In this document: in pieces, positions 8,410 through 18,910 of the stretch
Layout: the number at the start of each line of letters is the position of its first letter
Numbering within the stretch: the first letter of the stretch is position 1
Translations under genes and position numbers: made by a program
Source: Thermodesulfovibrionales bacterium
GTDB taxonomy: Bacteria; Nitrospirota; Thermodesulfovibrionia; Thermodesulfovibrionales; UBA6898
Length of the DNA: 27,191 bases
Direction of reading: 5' to 3'
NCBI GenBank assembly: GCA_044450345.1
Contig: JBIOIY010000042.1
Coordinates: 1-27,191 of the forward strand
The notes under the pieces: model-generated
The model's input: only the letters and a program-made list of their open reading frames with translations
Databases searched by the model: none
Told to the model about the DNA's origin: nothing

Positions 8410-8643
8410 TCATAGGCGCCGGATCAGCCATAGAAGCACAATAGCTCCCACCGTAGCCGATACAAGCGAACCGATCACCCCTAAGGAAATGACACCAAGG
8501 AGCCGGAAGAGAAAACCTCCGACCAGAGCTCCAAGGATTCCGACTACAAGGTCTCCTACCAGACCGAAACCGTGTCCCCGCGTCAGCTTTCCAGCAAGCC
8601 AGCCTGCTACTACCCCAATAATCAGAAACCATAACCAGTGCAT
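8410..8643 (-). CDS. GlsB/YeaQ/YmgE family (transglycosylase-associated) stress membrane protein
   Basis: MHWLWFLIIGVVAGWLAGKLTRGHGFGLVGDLVVGILGALVGGFLF...; ATG at 8643 after a G-rich RBS. Confidence 0.93.
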   Translation of the reverse strand: MHWLWFLIIGVVAGWLAGKLTRGHGFGLVGDLVVGILGALVGGFLFRLLGVISLGVIGSLVSATVGAIVLLWLIRRL

Positions 8644-8684
8644 AACACCCCCCAAACTTTTCTTCCGCGTGTCCTCATGTTTCA

Positions 8685-8712
8685 AGTTTATCAATATGTG
8701 CGGGGATGTCAA
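8685..8712 (-). promoter_or_regulatory. Sigma70-type promoter for the GlsB/YeaQ gene
   Basis: TTGACA-16 nt-TAAACT with an extended -10 TGn. Confidence 0.5.
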
Positions 8713-8817
8713 ACAAAAGAAGCAGCCTCGTGAAAAACGGCGATTTGCACCGGCCTTTTTGCATGCGATAATGAAAACACAGAACAGTGCTATGAAACTC
8801 AGTGAAGGGAGAAAGAG

Positions 8818-10299
8818 ATGAAGAAAAGAGGTCTCCCTGTTTTGATCTGTATATGTCTTGCTTTTTTGATGATTGCGGATTGTTCTCGCAAAAAAGAAGA
8901 TATCCCGCTACCGGCCGGGGAGCAGGGAGGAGAGACCCTGGTTAGCCGTCTTCGTGAGCCATGGACCGGAGACCTGGATGAGATCCTCAGGCAGAGACGT
9001 GCAGTCCGGGTGCTTGTATATTACAGCAAGACTAATTTCGCAGTCGTAGAGGGGCGCCCCCAGGGACTCGATTATGAGCTTTTGCATAACTACGAAAATT
9101 TCCTGGACTGGAAAGGCGGCCGACGGAAGGAAAAGCCTCTGGTTGTTTTCATCCCCGTGCCCCGCGAACAGATCATCCCCATGCTCCTTGAGGGCAGAGG
9201 CGATATAGCGGCGGGCCTGACCAGTACTCCTCAGGGGGAAAAGTTAGTAGCCTTTACCGGCCCATACATCACGGATGTTAGGGAAGTAGTCGTGACGGGA
9301 AAATGGGTGAGCGGTCTCCGAAGTCTTGGAGACCTTGCGGGAAGGACGGTGCATATTGTTGCCGGGAGCAGTTATGCCGAGCACTTAAGGGAGCTGAATA
9401 AGCGCTTCCGGGAGGAGCGGCACAGGTCCATCAATATTGTCGAGGCCGACAAGGTACTGGAGGCAGAGGATATCTTCGAGATGGTGAACTCGGGGATTTT
9501 CCCGATAACGGTCGTCGATCAGCATATCGCCGACCTCTGGGCCTGCGTCCTGCCTGGTATAGTTGTGAGGAAGGACATAGTCGTTGCCAGGGGGGCAAAT
9601 ATTGCGTGGGCGGTGCGGAAGGGCAACCCTCAACTTCTCGCCAGTCTTGACGGGTTCATTAAGGCAAAGGCTGGACAAGGCAGCATTCTCAACAATCTGC
9701 TCTTCACCCGATACTACGGTAACACGAAATGGATCCGGAACCCCATCGCAGAGTCCGAGAAGCTAAAGCTCGTCAAGTATCAGTCTTACATCAAGAAGTA
9801 CGCGAACATGTACGGTTTTGACTGGCTCAAGATCGCCGCTATGGCCTATCGAGAATCCCAGCTGGATCAGAATGTGCGGAGCCGCACGGGCGCCGTAGGC
9901 GTCCTTCAGGTGCTTCCCCGGACAGCCAGAGAGGTAGGGATACGGAATGTCGCCCGCGCCGAAGACAACATCCACGCCGGCGTAAAATATCTCAATTATC
10001 TCAGGGAAACCTACTTCAATGATCCGGCCATAAGTCCGGACGACAAGGTCGATTTTGCCCTCGCCGCCTATAATGCCGGGCCGGCCAGGATAGAGTCACT
10101 GCGCCGAAAAGCGGCTGATAAGGGACTCAACCCGAACAAGTGGTTTTTCAACGTTGAAAGAGTGGCTCTCCAGGTGATCGGCAGCGAGACCGTCCAGTAT
10201 GTGGCCGATATCTATAAGTACTTCATCGCTTACAAGTCGGCCGAGACAATTATCCGTGAGAAACGCATCAAAATGCAAAAGGCGGGAAAAGACTCATGA
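8818..10299 (+). CDS. MltF-like lytic transglycosylase (substrate-binding-protein domain plus SLT domain)
   Basis: PBP2-type N-domain (WTGDLDEI, GRGDIAAG, IAWAVRK) and SLT motifs AYRESQL, GAVGVLQV, AAYNAGP. Confidence 0.9.
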   Translation: MKKRGLPVLICICLAFLMIADCSRKKEDIPLPAGEQGGETLVSRLREPWTGDLDEILRQRRAVRVLVYYSKTNFAVVEGRPQGLDYELLHNYENFLDWKGGRRKEKPLVVFIPVPREQIIPMLLEGRGDIAAGLTSTPQGEKLVAFTGPYITDVREVVVTGKWVSGLRSLGDLAGRTVHIVAGSSYAEHLRELNKRFREERHRSINIVEADKVLEAEDIFEMVNSGIFPITVVDQHIADLWACVLPGIVVRKDIVVARGANIAWAVRKGNPQLLASLDGFIKAKAGQGSILNNLLFTRYYGNTKWIRNPIAESEKLKLVKYQSYIKKYANMYGFDWLKIAAMAYRESQLDQNVRSRTGAVGVLQVLPRTAREVGIRNVARAEDNIHAGVKYLNYLRETYFNDPAISPDDKVDFALAAYNAGPARIESLRRKAADKGLNPNKWFFNVERVALQVIGSETVQYVADIYKYFIAYKSAETIIREKRIKMQKAGKDS

Positions 10300-10350
10300 G
10301 TACACGCTTCAGTTTTTGCAATGTCCAGCTGAACCTGCAATCCAGCCGCC

Positions 10351-12219
10351 CTATTCACGCAGGTACCATGGGGCATTGATGATCACAATCTGAGGTCCTC
10401 CTTTAAGGAGCAGCAGCCCTTTGAGCAGGGTGGCCCGATGCGAAACCAGGAAATGGTACCACTTCCTCTCGACAAGCTCCGGAACGATGACCGCTATAGA
10501 CCGGTCGGGATGCCTGGCGGCCAGCTTCTGGATATATTCCAGCAAGGGGCCGAAGAATTCCCGGTAGGCGGAAGACACGACGACCAGCTTGGGAGGACGG
10601 TAGCCTGCTTCGCGCGCGGGAGTTTCCACCAACTCAGCCCAGCGCTTCGATAGGTCTGCTGTCTTCATCTCCTCGGCAAGGATTTGGACCGCATGAACCT
10701 CTGTTGACAGGGTGAGCGCAAGCCGCAGTGCTTTACGGGCCACGCGATCCAGCCGCCTTAGCGGAATTACAATTATTGGTGGAGAGATATCTCCGGTATC
10801 CAGTGGACCGCCTTCAGTAGTCTCCCTTTCTACTTTTTCGCGGTAATTTCGCATGCGCACGAACAGCAGCACGAGTGGCGGGATGACGAAGATCGTTAGC
10901 CATGCGCCTTGCATAAATTTTGAGATCGCGATAATGATCAGGGTGGAGGCAGTCGCAAGGGCACCCACTGCGTTGAAGACGAGGGAGCGCGTGGCATGTT
11001 CTTCTTTCGATTTATACCAGTGGATGACCATCCCGAGTTGCGATAGGGTAAACGCCGTGAATGCGCCGACAGCGAAGAGCGGGATCAGCCGGTCCGTGAT
11101 CCCGCCGAAGACGATCAACAAAATGCCGGACAAAAAAGTTAGAACTATAATCCCCCTCGAGTAAACCAGTCGGCGTCCGCGGTGAGCGAATCCGGCGGGC
11201 AAATATTCATCGAGCGCGAGCAAACGGAAGACGCGGGGAAAATCAACGAAGCTTGTGTTTGCCGACAATGCCAACACCATAAGGATCGCGGACATGGACA
11301 CGAAGTAAAAGACGCCTCGCCCCGCGACTGCCCCTACTATCTGTGATAGAACACTCTGATATCCGGTTTCTCCCGGCACTGTGGCGCCGATCCCATAGCT
11401 GTGTGACAGAAATGCTATGCCGGAGACCAGAAACGCCAGTATCCCGATAATAATGGCCAGCGTTCGCTTGGCCAGAGTGATTGTCGGTTTACGGAAGATG
11501 GGGACGGCGTTGCTGACTGCTTCGACGCCGGTAAGAGCAGTGCATCCACTCGCGAAGGCCCGCAATAGGAGCCAGGCTGCTGCAGTGGTGGACGCCGTCG
11601 GGAAAGTCGGCGGTTGAACTACCGGTGCCGGATGCCCGTGGGAGAGCAGCGTCTTCACTACGCCCATGACAATGGTGATTACAAGGCACACTACGAATAG
11701 GTAGGTCGGGAACATGAAGATCACACCGGCAGAGCGAACACCGCGCAGGTTCACGATGGTGAGCAATGCCAGTATGATCAGACAGAATAGAAGCGTATAT
11801 GGCAGAAAGGCGGGCACTGCGGAGACAAGTGCGCCGACGCCGGCCGAGATTGCTACTGCCACGTTTAGCACGTAGTCGATAGAAAGGGCGCTCGCGGCCA
11901 GCAACCCCGGAACTCTTCCGAGGTTCTTCTTCGCGACGGTATAGGCCCCGCCGCCTTGAGGATATGCCTGAATCGTCTGCCGGTAAGAAATGAAAACGGC
12001 AATGAGCACAGCGACAATGAACGCGGTGATCGGACCGAGGTATCCTGGAGCCATAATACCCAGAGGGAGGAGCACTGTCAGCGCCGCTTCAGGACCATAC
12101 GCGGCCGAGGCAAGGGCATCTAAACCGACAACAGGTATTCCCGACAGAGGACCTATCTGCTCAACTTGTTCCTCTTCAGTGCGAAGCGGCTTGCCAAAGA
12201 GCAGCTCTCTCAAATTCAT
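10351..12219 (-). CDS. APC-superfamily permease, KimA/YdaO-like (possible K+ or amino-acid transporter)
   Basis: DALASAAYGPE, SYRQTIQAYPQGGGAY, ALTGVEAVSN, LIPLFAVG, soluble C-terminal domain; CAGGAG RBS before ATG 12219. Confidence 0.9.
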   Translation of the reverse strand: MNLRELLFGKPLRTEEEQVEQIGPLSGIPVVGLDALASAAYGPEAALTVLLPLGIMAPGYLGPITAFIVAVLIAVFISYRQTIQAYPQGGGAYTVAKKNLGRVPGLLAASALSIDYVLNVAVAISAGVGALVSAVPAFLPYTLLFCLIILALLTIVNLRGVRSAGVIFMFPTYLFVVCLVITIVMGVVKTLLSHGHPAPVVQPPTFPTASTTAAAWLLLRAFASGCTALTGVEAVSNAVPIFRKPTITLAKRTLAIIIGILAFLVSGIAFLSHSYGIGATVPGETGYQSVLSQIVGAVAGRGVFYFVSMSAILMVLALSANTSFVDFPRVFRLLALDEYLPAGFAHRGRRLVYSRGIIVLTFLSGILLIVFGGITDRLIPLFAVGAFTAFTLSQLGMVIHWYKSKEEHATRSLVFNAVGALATASTLIIIAISKFMQGAWLTIFVIPPLVLLFVRMRNYREKVERETTEGGPLDTGDISPPIIVIPLRRLDRVARKALRLALTLSTEVHAVQILAEEMKTADLSKRWAELVETPAREAGYRPPKLVVVSSAYREFFGPLLEYIQKLAARHPDRSIAVIVPELVERKWYHFLVSHRATLLKGLLLLKGGPQIVIINAPWYLRE

Positions 12220-12295
12220 TTCATAATACTCCTGTATCTGCAACAGGGCCGGCGGGCTGCACATCTTCTTATCACCGCGGATAGTGTCAATTCTT

Positions 12296-14125
12296 CTATC
12301 CCCCGACGCTGAGAGATCGTGCTTCCATCTCGGTAATTGCCACCGCGGCGGCGATTAATGAGAGGTGAGTGAGGCCCTGGGGAAAGTTACCTAGCATCTC
12401 CCGGGTCTCCGTGTCGTACTCTTCCGAAAAAAGACCGAGTTCATTGCCCGTTGACAGGACACGCTTAAAGACCTCGTGTGCCTCGTCAAGACGACTTTGG
12501 CGTGCCAGACACTCCACGAGCCAAAGAGAACATGCAAGGAAGACACCTTCTTTGTCACGGATTTCGTCGTTACCAACTGCGTAGCGCCTCAGCAGACCGT
12601 CTTCCTCGAGGTCTGCCCGCACTGCATCGGTCGTGCGGATCATGCGCTCGTCATTAAAGTCCACCAACCCTGTGTTCGGCAGGAGCAGCAGGCCGGCGTC
12701 CATCTCCATCCGGTCGAACGCCTGTACGAAAACGCCGCGCTTTGCGTGGTAGCCTTTCACCTCTATCGCACTGCGGACTTCATTACGCGCCTTCTTCCAG
12801 CTGTCTACGGGCCCCTTGCGGCCGAGGTCCCCTGCGAGCTTGATCCCCCTGTCAAGGGCAGTCCAGCACATCGCCTTGGAAAGTACAAAATGGCGCGGTT
12901 TCCCACGCATCTCCCAAATGCCGTGATCCGGTTTTTTCCAACTCTCTGCCGAGGCATTGACGAGTTCAACCAGGAACTCCCAGTAGTCGTCATCCGGAGA
13001 GTGGCCCCGGCTGTGCCAACTCCAGGCGAGATCGAGAAGCTCACCGTAAATGTCCAACTGCCTTTGTCCGGCAGCTGCGTTCCCCACGCGAACGGGTTTT
13101 ATCCCCCGATACCCCTGCAGTTCTTTTATCTCGTACTCGGGAAGGCGTCGCTCCCCCCCGACACCGAAGAGGATCTGGAGTTCCTCTGCGCTGCCTGCTG
13201 CACTGCGCTCGATGAACCGGCGGAACCCATCGGCTTCACTTAAGTGACCGACTTCTGCCAGCGAGCGAACAGTGAAAGATGAGTCGCGGATCCAGGTGTA
13301 CCGGTAATCCCAGTTCCGTGAGCCACCGGGAGATTCAGGAAGCGATGTGGTCGACGCTGCGACGATCGCTCCGGTGGGTGCATTAGAAAGTCCTTTGAGG
13401 ACAATGGCCGAACGACGCGCATGTCCGGCAAAAGGGCCTTTGAGAGTATTCTTGGAAGACCAGGAGCGCCACCACGCGATTGTCTCATCCAGTCGACGGT
13501 CTAGTTCTTCGATGGAAGGAGACTCCACGATCCCTTCGTCAAGATCTTCCGGCCGCCGGTAAAGAATGGACAGGTGAGCCCGCTGACCCTCCTCTACAGA
13601 ACAGGACCCCGATAGAGAATGACGATCAGTCATTTCACAAACGAAATCATTAGAGATGAGGAGACCGTCGTTCCCTCCGATGGCGATGTGATGATTGCCC
13701 TTGTACCCCCGAATCCAGGACCTTCTGGTCCCGTAATCGAAGCACGGCACTATCCCGATAATGAACTCCGTCCTGCCTCTAATGCCCTCGATAATCCGCA
13801 GGATCTGCTGATGTGGATCGCGGGCCCCTCCCCTACGCATTGGGAAGCAATCGAGAAGACGTGCTTCGCCATGATCGGTTCGAAAGCTGGTTTCCAAAAC
13901 GAGCGTGTCTTCGAGATAACGCCGGGAGGCCTCATAAGGACCCGAAGGGGCGATTTGACAATAGCCCCCCTTTTTCCAATCGAGGATACGGCCGAAGCAG
14001 CTCCCGGAGTCTAACCTCGGCATGCAGCACCAGTCGATAGAGCCGGATATCGAGACCAGCGCAGAGGAGTGACAGTCACTGATGTATCCGTAACGACTGA
14101 TGGGCGGATAAACGGTATTATTCAT
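12296..14125 (-). CDS. Glycoside hydrolase family 15 (trehalase/glucoamylase-like)
   Basis: GSIDWCCMPRLDS, TTSLPE, NWDYRYTWIRD, GIWEMRG, LFSEEYD, GNFPQGLTH. Start uncertain (14125 or 14167). Confidence 0.93.
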   Translation of the reverse strand: MNNTVYPPISRYGYISDCHSSALVSISGSIDWCCMPRLDSGSCFGRILDWKKGGYCQIAPSGPYEASRRYLEDTLVLETSFRTDHGEARLLDCFPMRRGGARDPHQQILRIIEGIRGRTEFIIGIVPCFDYGTRRSWIRGYKGNHHIAIGGNDGLLISNDFVCEMTDRHSLSGSCSVEEGQRAHLSILYRRPEDLDEGIVESPSIEELDRRLDETIAWWRSWSSKNTLKGPFAGHARRSAIVLKGLSNAPTGAIVAASTTSLPESPGGSRNWDYRYTWIRDSSFTVRSLAEVGHLSEADGFRRFIERSAAGSAEELQILFGVGGERRLPEYEIKELQGYRGIKPVRVGNAAAGQRQLDIYGELLDLAWSWHSRGHSPDDDYWEFLVELVNASAESWKKPDHGIWEMRGKPRHFVLSKAMCWTALDRGIKLAGDLGRKGPVDSWKKARNEVRSAIEVKGYHAKRGVFVQAFDRMEMDAGLLLLPNTGLVDFNDERMIRTTDAVRADLEEDGLLRRYAVGNDEIRDKEGVFLACSLWLVECLARQSRLDEAHEVFKRVLSTGNELGLFSEEYDTETREMLGNFPQGLTHLSLIAAAVAITEMEARSLSVGG

Positions 14126-14173
14126 GTGTATCCGCCCGATGGCTATGCACTCCTGTCTGCGTGTCACATCTTC

Positions 14174-16369
14174 TCATGGGACCGCGCTCCTCTTTCGGCG
14201 TTTGATGATACCCATACCTTCTTCAGGAGGTCGGGCGGTCGCGAACCAGGGCAAGAGAAGAAGCGCGGGCAGCGGCGACAGAAGCGTCCCCAGAACAACC
14301 GAGATGCCGAACCGCTGGGTGGGAGGAAACCCGGATAAGATGAATATTCCAAAGCCCGCGCAGACGACGGTCATGGAATATAAAATAGGTTTCCACAATC
14401 GCGAACAGACGCCTGCCCAGGCCTCCCGGGAGAGCATGCTCCCAGCAGGATGACGCCGCACCCAAATGAGCACGTGGATCATGGCATCGACGCCGATGCC
14501 GATCGCGATGTTGGCTCCGGGTGCTGAGATAATGTCAATGGGGATGCGGAAATGGCCCAGGATGCCGAGCATTAAAAGGGGAATGATGCCCAAACTGATT
14601 ACCATGGCCCCAATCACCTGAAACGAGCGGGAGATGATCCCTCCCATGACCACAAACAGCAAAATCAGGAGCGTCAGTCCCTCAATAAGACTTGACGCCA
14701 CGAGTTTCGAAAGTTTCCCATACAAAAGGTAGGTGCCGCCGACGAGCACGGGGTCGAACCCCTCTTTCCGGACAATTGTTTTCAGGCGTTCCACGTTTGC
14801 CAAATGGTCTGTCTGGTGGTAGCTTTCTTTCATCCTCAGCAGAAAGAGGGTTTTTCTTCGGTCTTTTGTTATGTAGTATTTTGCGACATTCCCGAGTATG
14901 GGGCTCTCCATGAGTTTCAGCAACCAGTTAGTCGGAATGAAAGATGCGAGGCCGTGACGTTTCGCTTCGGCCAAAAAAAGTGTCAACGACACAACGCTCC
15001 CGACAGAAGGATCGCGTTCCAGGGCGTTCTGAAGGCGCCACAGCCTCGGATAGGCCTCCTCGATCTTCAAAGGGACCTTGGTCGGAGCCGACAGGACAAT
15101 ATTGAGCGGCGTACTTCCCCCGTTTTCGTCGATGTATTCCAGATTTTTTCTTAGTTCACTCCCTTTCTTGAAATACGCGAAAAGGCTTGGTTCAGTGTCC
15201 AGCTTCCATATGCCTATAGAAGCCGCAGCAGCGGCGAGAAGGATGGACGCTACGATACGGCCATGCCTCTTCTTGAAAAATGGGTGGATGTCCGTTGGTT
15301 CGCGGAGCGCCTTCTCCCGTGCCGGGAGTCTCGGCGTTTGGATCCTAAGGAAAAAAGGATAGATGACATAAGCAGATGCGAAGGCAATCACAGTCCCCAG
15401 CGCTCCCGACAGTCCCAGTTGACGAAGCGGCGTCGCCGGAACAAGAAGGAGACTGAGAAAACCCAAGAGGGCTGTGAGCATGCTCCAAAAGGAGGGCAGC
15501 AGCGTCACCCGGACCGCAGGCCGCCAGGACTTTTCAACGCTCGTCTCTTTTTTCTCAATAATATGCTTCCAGTTGAAGGTCATAAAAACCATGTGCGTCA
15601 GAGTGAGGACAAAGACAATTGTGGAGAGGTTGGCGGTCAGGGGTCCGATGGTGATGCCAAAGGCGTGAGTCAGGATAAGTGTGAGGGCGCCGGCATTTGT
15701 GCAGGCGATTAGGGTTCCAAGAACCATGGCGACGGAACGTGAGATCAAAAGACCGGCGAGTCCAAAAACGCAAACGGCCGCGACAGTGAATACTTTCATA
15801 TCTTGCAGAAGGTTGCGCTGTATGAGTTCGACTATGTATGGGGCACCGGAGATCATGAGTTGAAAATCAGGCGAGTCGAAACGTTCCTTGCTTTTTTCAA
15901 TCTTCAGAACGGCGTCTTCAACGGATGCCCTCTCTTTCAGGAAGACGTAGATAAAAGTGGCTTTTTGGTCTTCGGAAAAGAGCACCCGCTTCCAAAGAGG
16001 GCTCTCCAGGGCGTCGACCATGTTCCGGGGGCCGCGTGTCAGGGACTGGACCGATTCTATCCCGGGAATCGCTGCGAGCTCGTTGCTCAACTCACGGATT
16101 TTCCTGAGATAATCAGGGGAACGGATGTCCCCCTTGGCACTCAAGATAAGCTCCGGCGTTTGCAAAAAAATTTTGGAGATCAACTTATCGGTCTGAGCCT
16201 GGGGGTCATTACTCGAGAAAAAAAAGTTTTCATCCACCCTTGGCCTTAAATCGACGTAACGAAAGACATAGAAGAGGAAGAAAACGGTCAATACGCCCCA
16301 GGCGATGGCCGGCAGAAGATTAAAAAAAATGGCCCGAAGCGGTAATCCCTGCTTGCCTGAATAACGCAC
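14174..16369 (-). CDS. MMPL/RND-family membrane transporter
   Basis: Two repeats of TM + periplasmic loop + TM bundle; ISGAPYI, GIGVDAMIH, SGFPPTQRFG. Confidence 0.88.
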   Translation of the reverse strand: MRYSGKQGLPLRAIFFNLLPAIAWGVLTVFFLFYVFRYVDLRPRVDENFFFSSNDPQAQTDKLISKIFLQTPELILSAKGDIRSPDYLRKIRELSNELAAIPGIESVQSLTRGPRNMVDALESPLWKRVLFSEDQKATFIYVFLKERASVEDAVLKIEKSKERFDSPDFQLMISGAPYIVELIQRNLLQDMKVFTVAAVCVFGLAGLLISRSVAMVLGTLIACTNAGALTLILTHAFGITIGPLTANLSTIVFVLTLTHMVFMTFNWKHIIEKKETSVEKSWRPAVRVTLLPSFWSMLTALLGFLSLLLVPATPLRQLGLSGALGTVIAFASAYVIYPFFLRIQTPRLPAREKALREPTDIHPFFKKRHGRIVASILLAAAAASIGIWKLDTEPSLFAYFKKGSELRKNLEYIDENGGSTPLNIVLSAPTKVPLKIEEAYPRLWRLQNALERDPSVGSVVSLTLFLAEAKRHGLASFIPTNWLLKLMESPILGNVAKYYITKDRRKTLFLLRMKESYHQTDHLANVERLKTIVRKEGFDPVLVGGTYLLYGKLSKLVASSLIEGLTLLILLFVVMGGIISRSFQVIGAMVISLGIIPLLMLGILGHFRIPIDIISAPGANIAIGIGVDAMIHVLIWVRRHPAGSMLSREAWAGVCSRLWKPILYSMTVVCAGFGIFILSGFPPTQRFGISVVLGTLLSPLPALLLLPWFATARPPEEGMGIIKRRKRSAVP

Positions 16370-16676
16370 TATTGTCCTTTGTCAACAGAACATGGCCGCA
16401 CCATAACCCCCATCGCATCTGCTGTCATTCTTTCGCTTGTTCTCGTCTTTTATTTCAACCGATTCCTCAACAAATCTCCGTAGAGAAGTGTGATGTCAAA
16501 AAACTCGGAGTTTAAGGGGCACCCGGGAATTCAGGATACATGAGAAGTGCTTTCACGGAATGCCCCTTATCCAGCTACTTTCTCTCTTCCATCTTCAGGA
16601 GGCTCTTCACGGATTTCACACCCTTCCCTCCCGCCTTTAGATGTGCAATCATCAGATTGCAACGTTACTGCATGGT

Positions 16677-16709
16677 ACGTACGGGCTGGCTTAAAACCCG
16701 CCCGTACGT
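16677..16709. repeat. REP-like palindrome / possible transcription hairpin downstream of the OmpA gene
   Basis: ACGTACGGGC-TGGCTTAAAACCC-GCCCGTACGT: perfect 10-bp arms; resembles GTAxGGGCGGGTTTxAAACCCGCCCxTAC-type REPs. Confidence 0.5.
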
Positions 16710-16757
16710 CGCTCTCCTATTTCACAATGTAAGGACCCGATCGCAATTCTTCTCTTA

Positions 16758-17870
16758 CTACTGGAGAACGCAATCGACGATGGCGTTAATTCTCCTGTTT
16801 TTCTGCCTCCCTTCGGGTGTATTGTTATAGGCGATGCGCCGGGTGGAACCGTAGCCCTTGGCGCGGAGACGGGAGCGATCGATCCCGAAATTTTTCACCA
16901 CATAGTCCACCACGCTTTCGGCTCTTTGCTGTGAGAGCCTCATGTTGTTCTCATAGCCGCCGATATTGTCAGTGTGGCCTTCGATAGTCGCCGTTGTCGT
17001 TGGGTATTTCTTCATAAAATCTCCGACCTTAGCGATCTCATTGTGGTATTGGGGCTTGATATCGGCCTTGCCGGAGTCGAATTCCATCTGGAGAGAAATG
17101 CAGAGTCTATCCGGGGGCTTGACCTCCTTGACGTCAAAGGTGCAGTCGATTATCGCCTCGATCCTGCGGTTCTTCTGCTTGCCCTCGTCGGTGGAGTTAT
17201 CGGCTATGGGACGGGTGAGGCCGTACCCCTTGGCGCGAAGGCGGGAGCGCTCGATCCCGAACTTATCCGCCAGATAATTCACCACGCTCTCGGCGCGACG
17301 CTGCGATAGCGCCATGTTGTATTCCGCGGAAGCGATATTGTCAGTGTGCCCTTCGATAGTCGCCGTTGTCGTTGGGTATTTCTTCATGAAATCTCCGACC
17401 TTGGCTATATCGTCATGAAACTGTGGTTTTATGTCGGCCTTATCGATGTCGAAATCGAGGTGAAGCGTGACGCAGTATTTATATAGTCCGAGAGTCGGCT
17501 CGGCAGCGGGGATCGGCTCAAGGGGTGGTTCCTTCTCGGCGGCCGGATTGGCCGGGCAAAGGGCCTTAATTTTGGCAGTTGCCTCATTGGCCATATCGAT
17601 CGCTCCCTGGGTATCGCATGCCATGTAGAGCTCATAGGCCCTGTCCACCATATCTCTTGCAGCATTAAATTCCGCCGGACATTCCTTGTCTTTACCCGCC
17701 GCGCGAGCTTCATCCAGGGCCCGGTCTGCATTGACTAATGCCGGAGGATAGTACAGATAGCCGCCTCTGTTTGCGGGTCTTTTCTCCAAACCGGCACAAC
17801 CCACCATCACACTCATGGAAAATATGGCAATTACGAATATGAGCACTCTCTTTGCTGTTATTGCTAGCAT
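16758..17870 (-). CDS. Lipoprotein with two tandem OmpA-like peptidoglycan-binding domains
   Basis: AAGGAGG RBS before ATG 17870, lipobox MVGC, two copies of IEGHTDN...N..LSQ.RAESV...KGYG...NRRI. Confidence 0.93.
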   Translation of the reverse strand: MLAITAKRVLIFVIAIFSMSVMVGCAGLEKRPANRGGYLYYPPALVNADRALDEARAAGKDKECPAEFNAARDMVDRAYELYMACDTQGAIDMANEATAKIKALCPANPAAEKEPPLEPIPAAEPTLGLYKYCVTLHLDFDIDKADIKPQFHDDIAKVGDFMKKYPTTTATIEGHTDNIASAEYNMALSQRRAESVVNYLADKFGIERSRLRAKGYGLTRPIADNSTDEGKQKNRRIEAIIDCTFDVKEVKPPDRLCISLQMEFDSGKADIKPQYHNEIAKVGDFMKKYPTTTATIEGHTDNIGGYENNMRLSQQRAESVVDYVVKNFGIDRSRLRAKGYGSTRRIAYNNTPEGRQKNRRINAIVDCVLQ

Positions 17871-17993
17871 CTTTAATACCTCCTTCACGAAGTTTGTTGT
17901 TTTCACATCCCCAACATGTCCTTAAAATTGTTTCTTCACTCACACCCCCTTAGCACCAGCTTTTCCTTCTTTGCCCCGGCGGCAAGATAAATG

Positions 17994-18132
17994 TTATCCT
18001 CTCCGAAAGAGGCCTACCACCAGCACAATGACTACCACGACGAGCAAGATATGGATGAATCCGCCCATCGTGTAACCGCTACCAATCCCAACAGGCAGAG
18101 TATTAGGGGATCACAAAGATCATCCAAATCAT
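17994..18132 (-). pseudogene. Frameshifted second lmo0937-family gene
   Basis: Restoring two 1-nt deletions gives MIWMIFVIxLILCLLGLVSGYTMGGFIHILLVVVVIVLVVGLFRRG*. As written it stops at codon 10 (TAA). Confidence 0.75.
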
Positions 18133-18169
18133 TCATTCCCCCCCCGGCAACATGAGCGCCATCGATTGA

Positions 18170-18197
18170 ATTGTACCCTCTTTTGAGGTGATGTCAA
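18170..18197 (-). promoter_or_regulatory. Sigma70-type promoter upstream of the lmo0937 pseudogene / OmpA gene
   Basis: TTGACA-16 nt-TACAAT on the minus strand. Confidence 0.55.
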
Positions 18198-18334
18198 ATC
18201 AGCATGTCGGCCAAAACTGAAACTCCTCATTAAGTTGTTCATTTCAAAAATGAGGATTTCCATTTAAAGCAGAAATAGTCTCTATCCCCAGTTAATCACT
18301 GATAAAATGCGATCTTGTACGAAAAATAGTCTAT

Positions 18335-18616
18335 TTGTCGATTCCGGGCAGATATGTATATTTTCCCCCTGATATTGATTTCGACCCCTTTTTTTACCAT
18401 GGGTGGTGGCATAGACGCTGGTTAAGATCAGAACATTATGGCGGCCCCTGGAAACACATCAAGGACATTCCCTCCACTTTGATAGATCTGCCGTCTGATT
18501 ACAGGAGTATTCCACCCGGTTATTACCGTGTTCCTTATGAAAGAGTCAGAAATAATTGGGAAAGATGGGAGCGGGAACGATATTGGGACAGAATAGGGGA
18601 AATAAAGAGAACTTAG
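18335..18616 (+). pseudogene. 5'-truncated remnant of a Trp/Tyr/Pro-rich hypothetical secreted protein
   Basis: IPGRYVYFPPDIDFDPFFYHGWW...GPW...LPSDYRSIPPGYYRVPYERVRNNWERWERERYW is protein-like, but has only a TTG start, no RBS and no signal peptide. Confidence 0.5.
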
Positions 18617-18910
18617 AGAACGAGAAAGGGAGGGGGAAGAAGGAGAATTCCGTCCTGAGCGCGAACGGGAACGCCATGAGAATAGGGATCGATATTAAGA
18701 AAAAGGAATTGGAGCAGGCCTGCCTTCGTCATCTGATATAATCTATTCATGACATACAGAAATTATGAACGCGACAAGGACGGCAGGCTTACGGTGTACC
18801 CTTCTATGTATGCACCACGAGAAAAAGTTTCTTTGCGAAGAATATTCATGAAGATAATAAATCTTATCGTCAGGAGAAGAAAGTAGGTGGCTCCGCATAG
18901 CTTTCCAGAG

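Noticed and set aside
12263..12290. Promoter with TTGACA upstream of the APC permease
   Set aside because: No acceptable -10 at 16-18 nt spacing.
12220..12295. c-di-AMP (ydaO) riboswitch upstream of the KimA-like gene
   Set aside because: Only 76 nt of intergenic space and no recognisable riboswitch motif.
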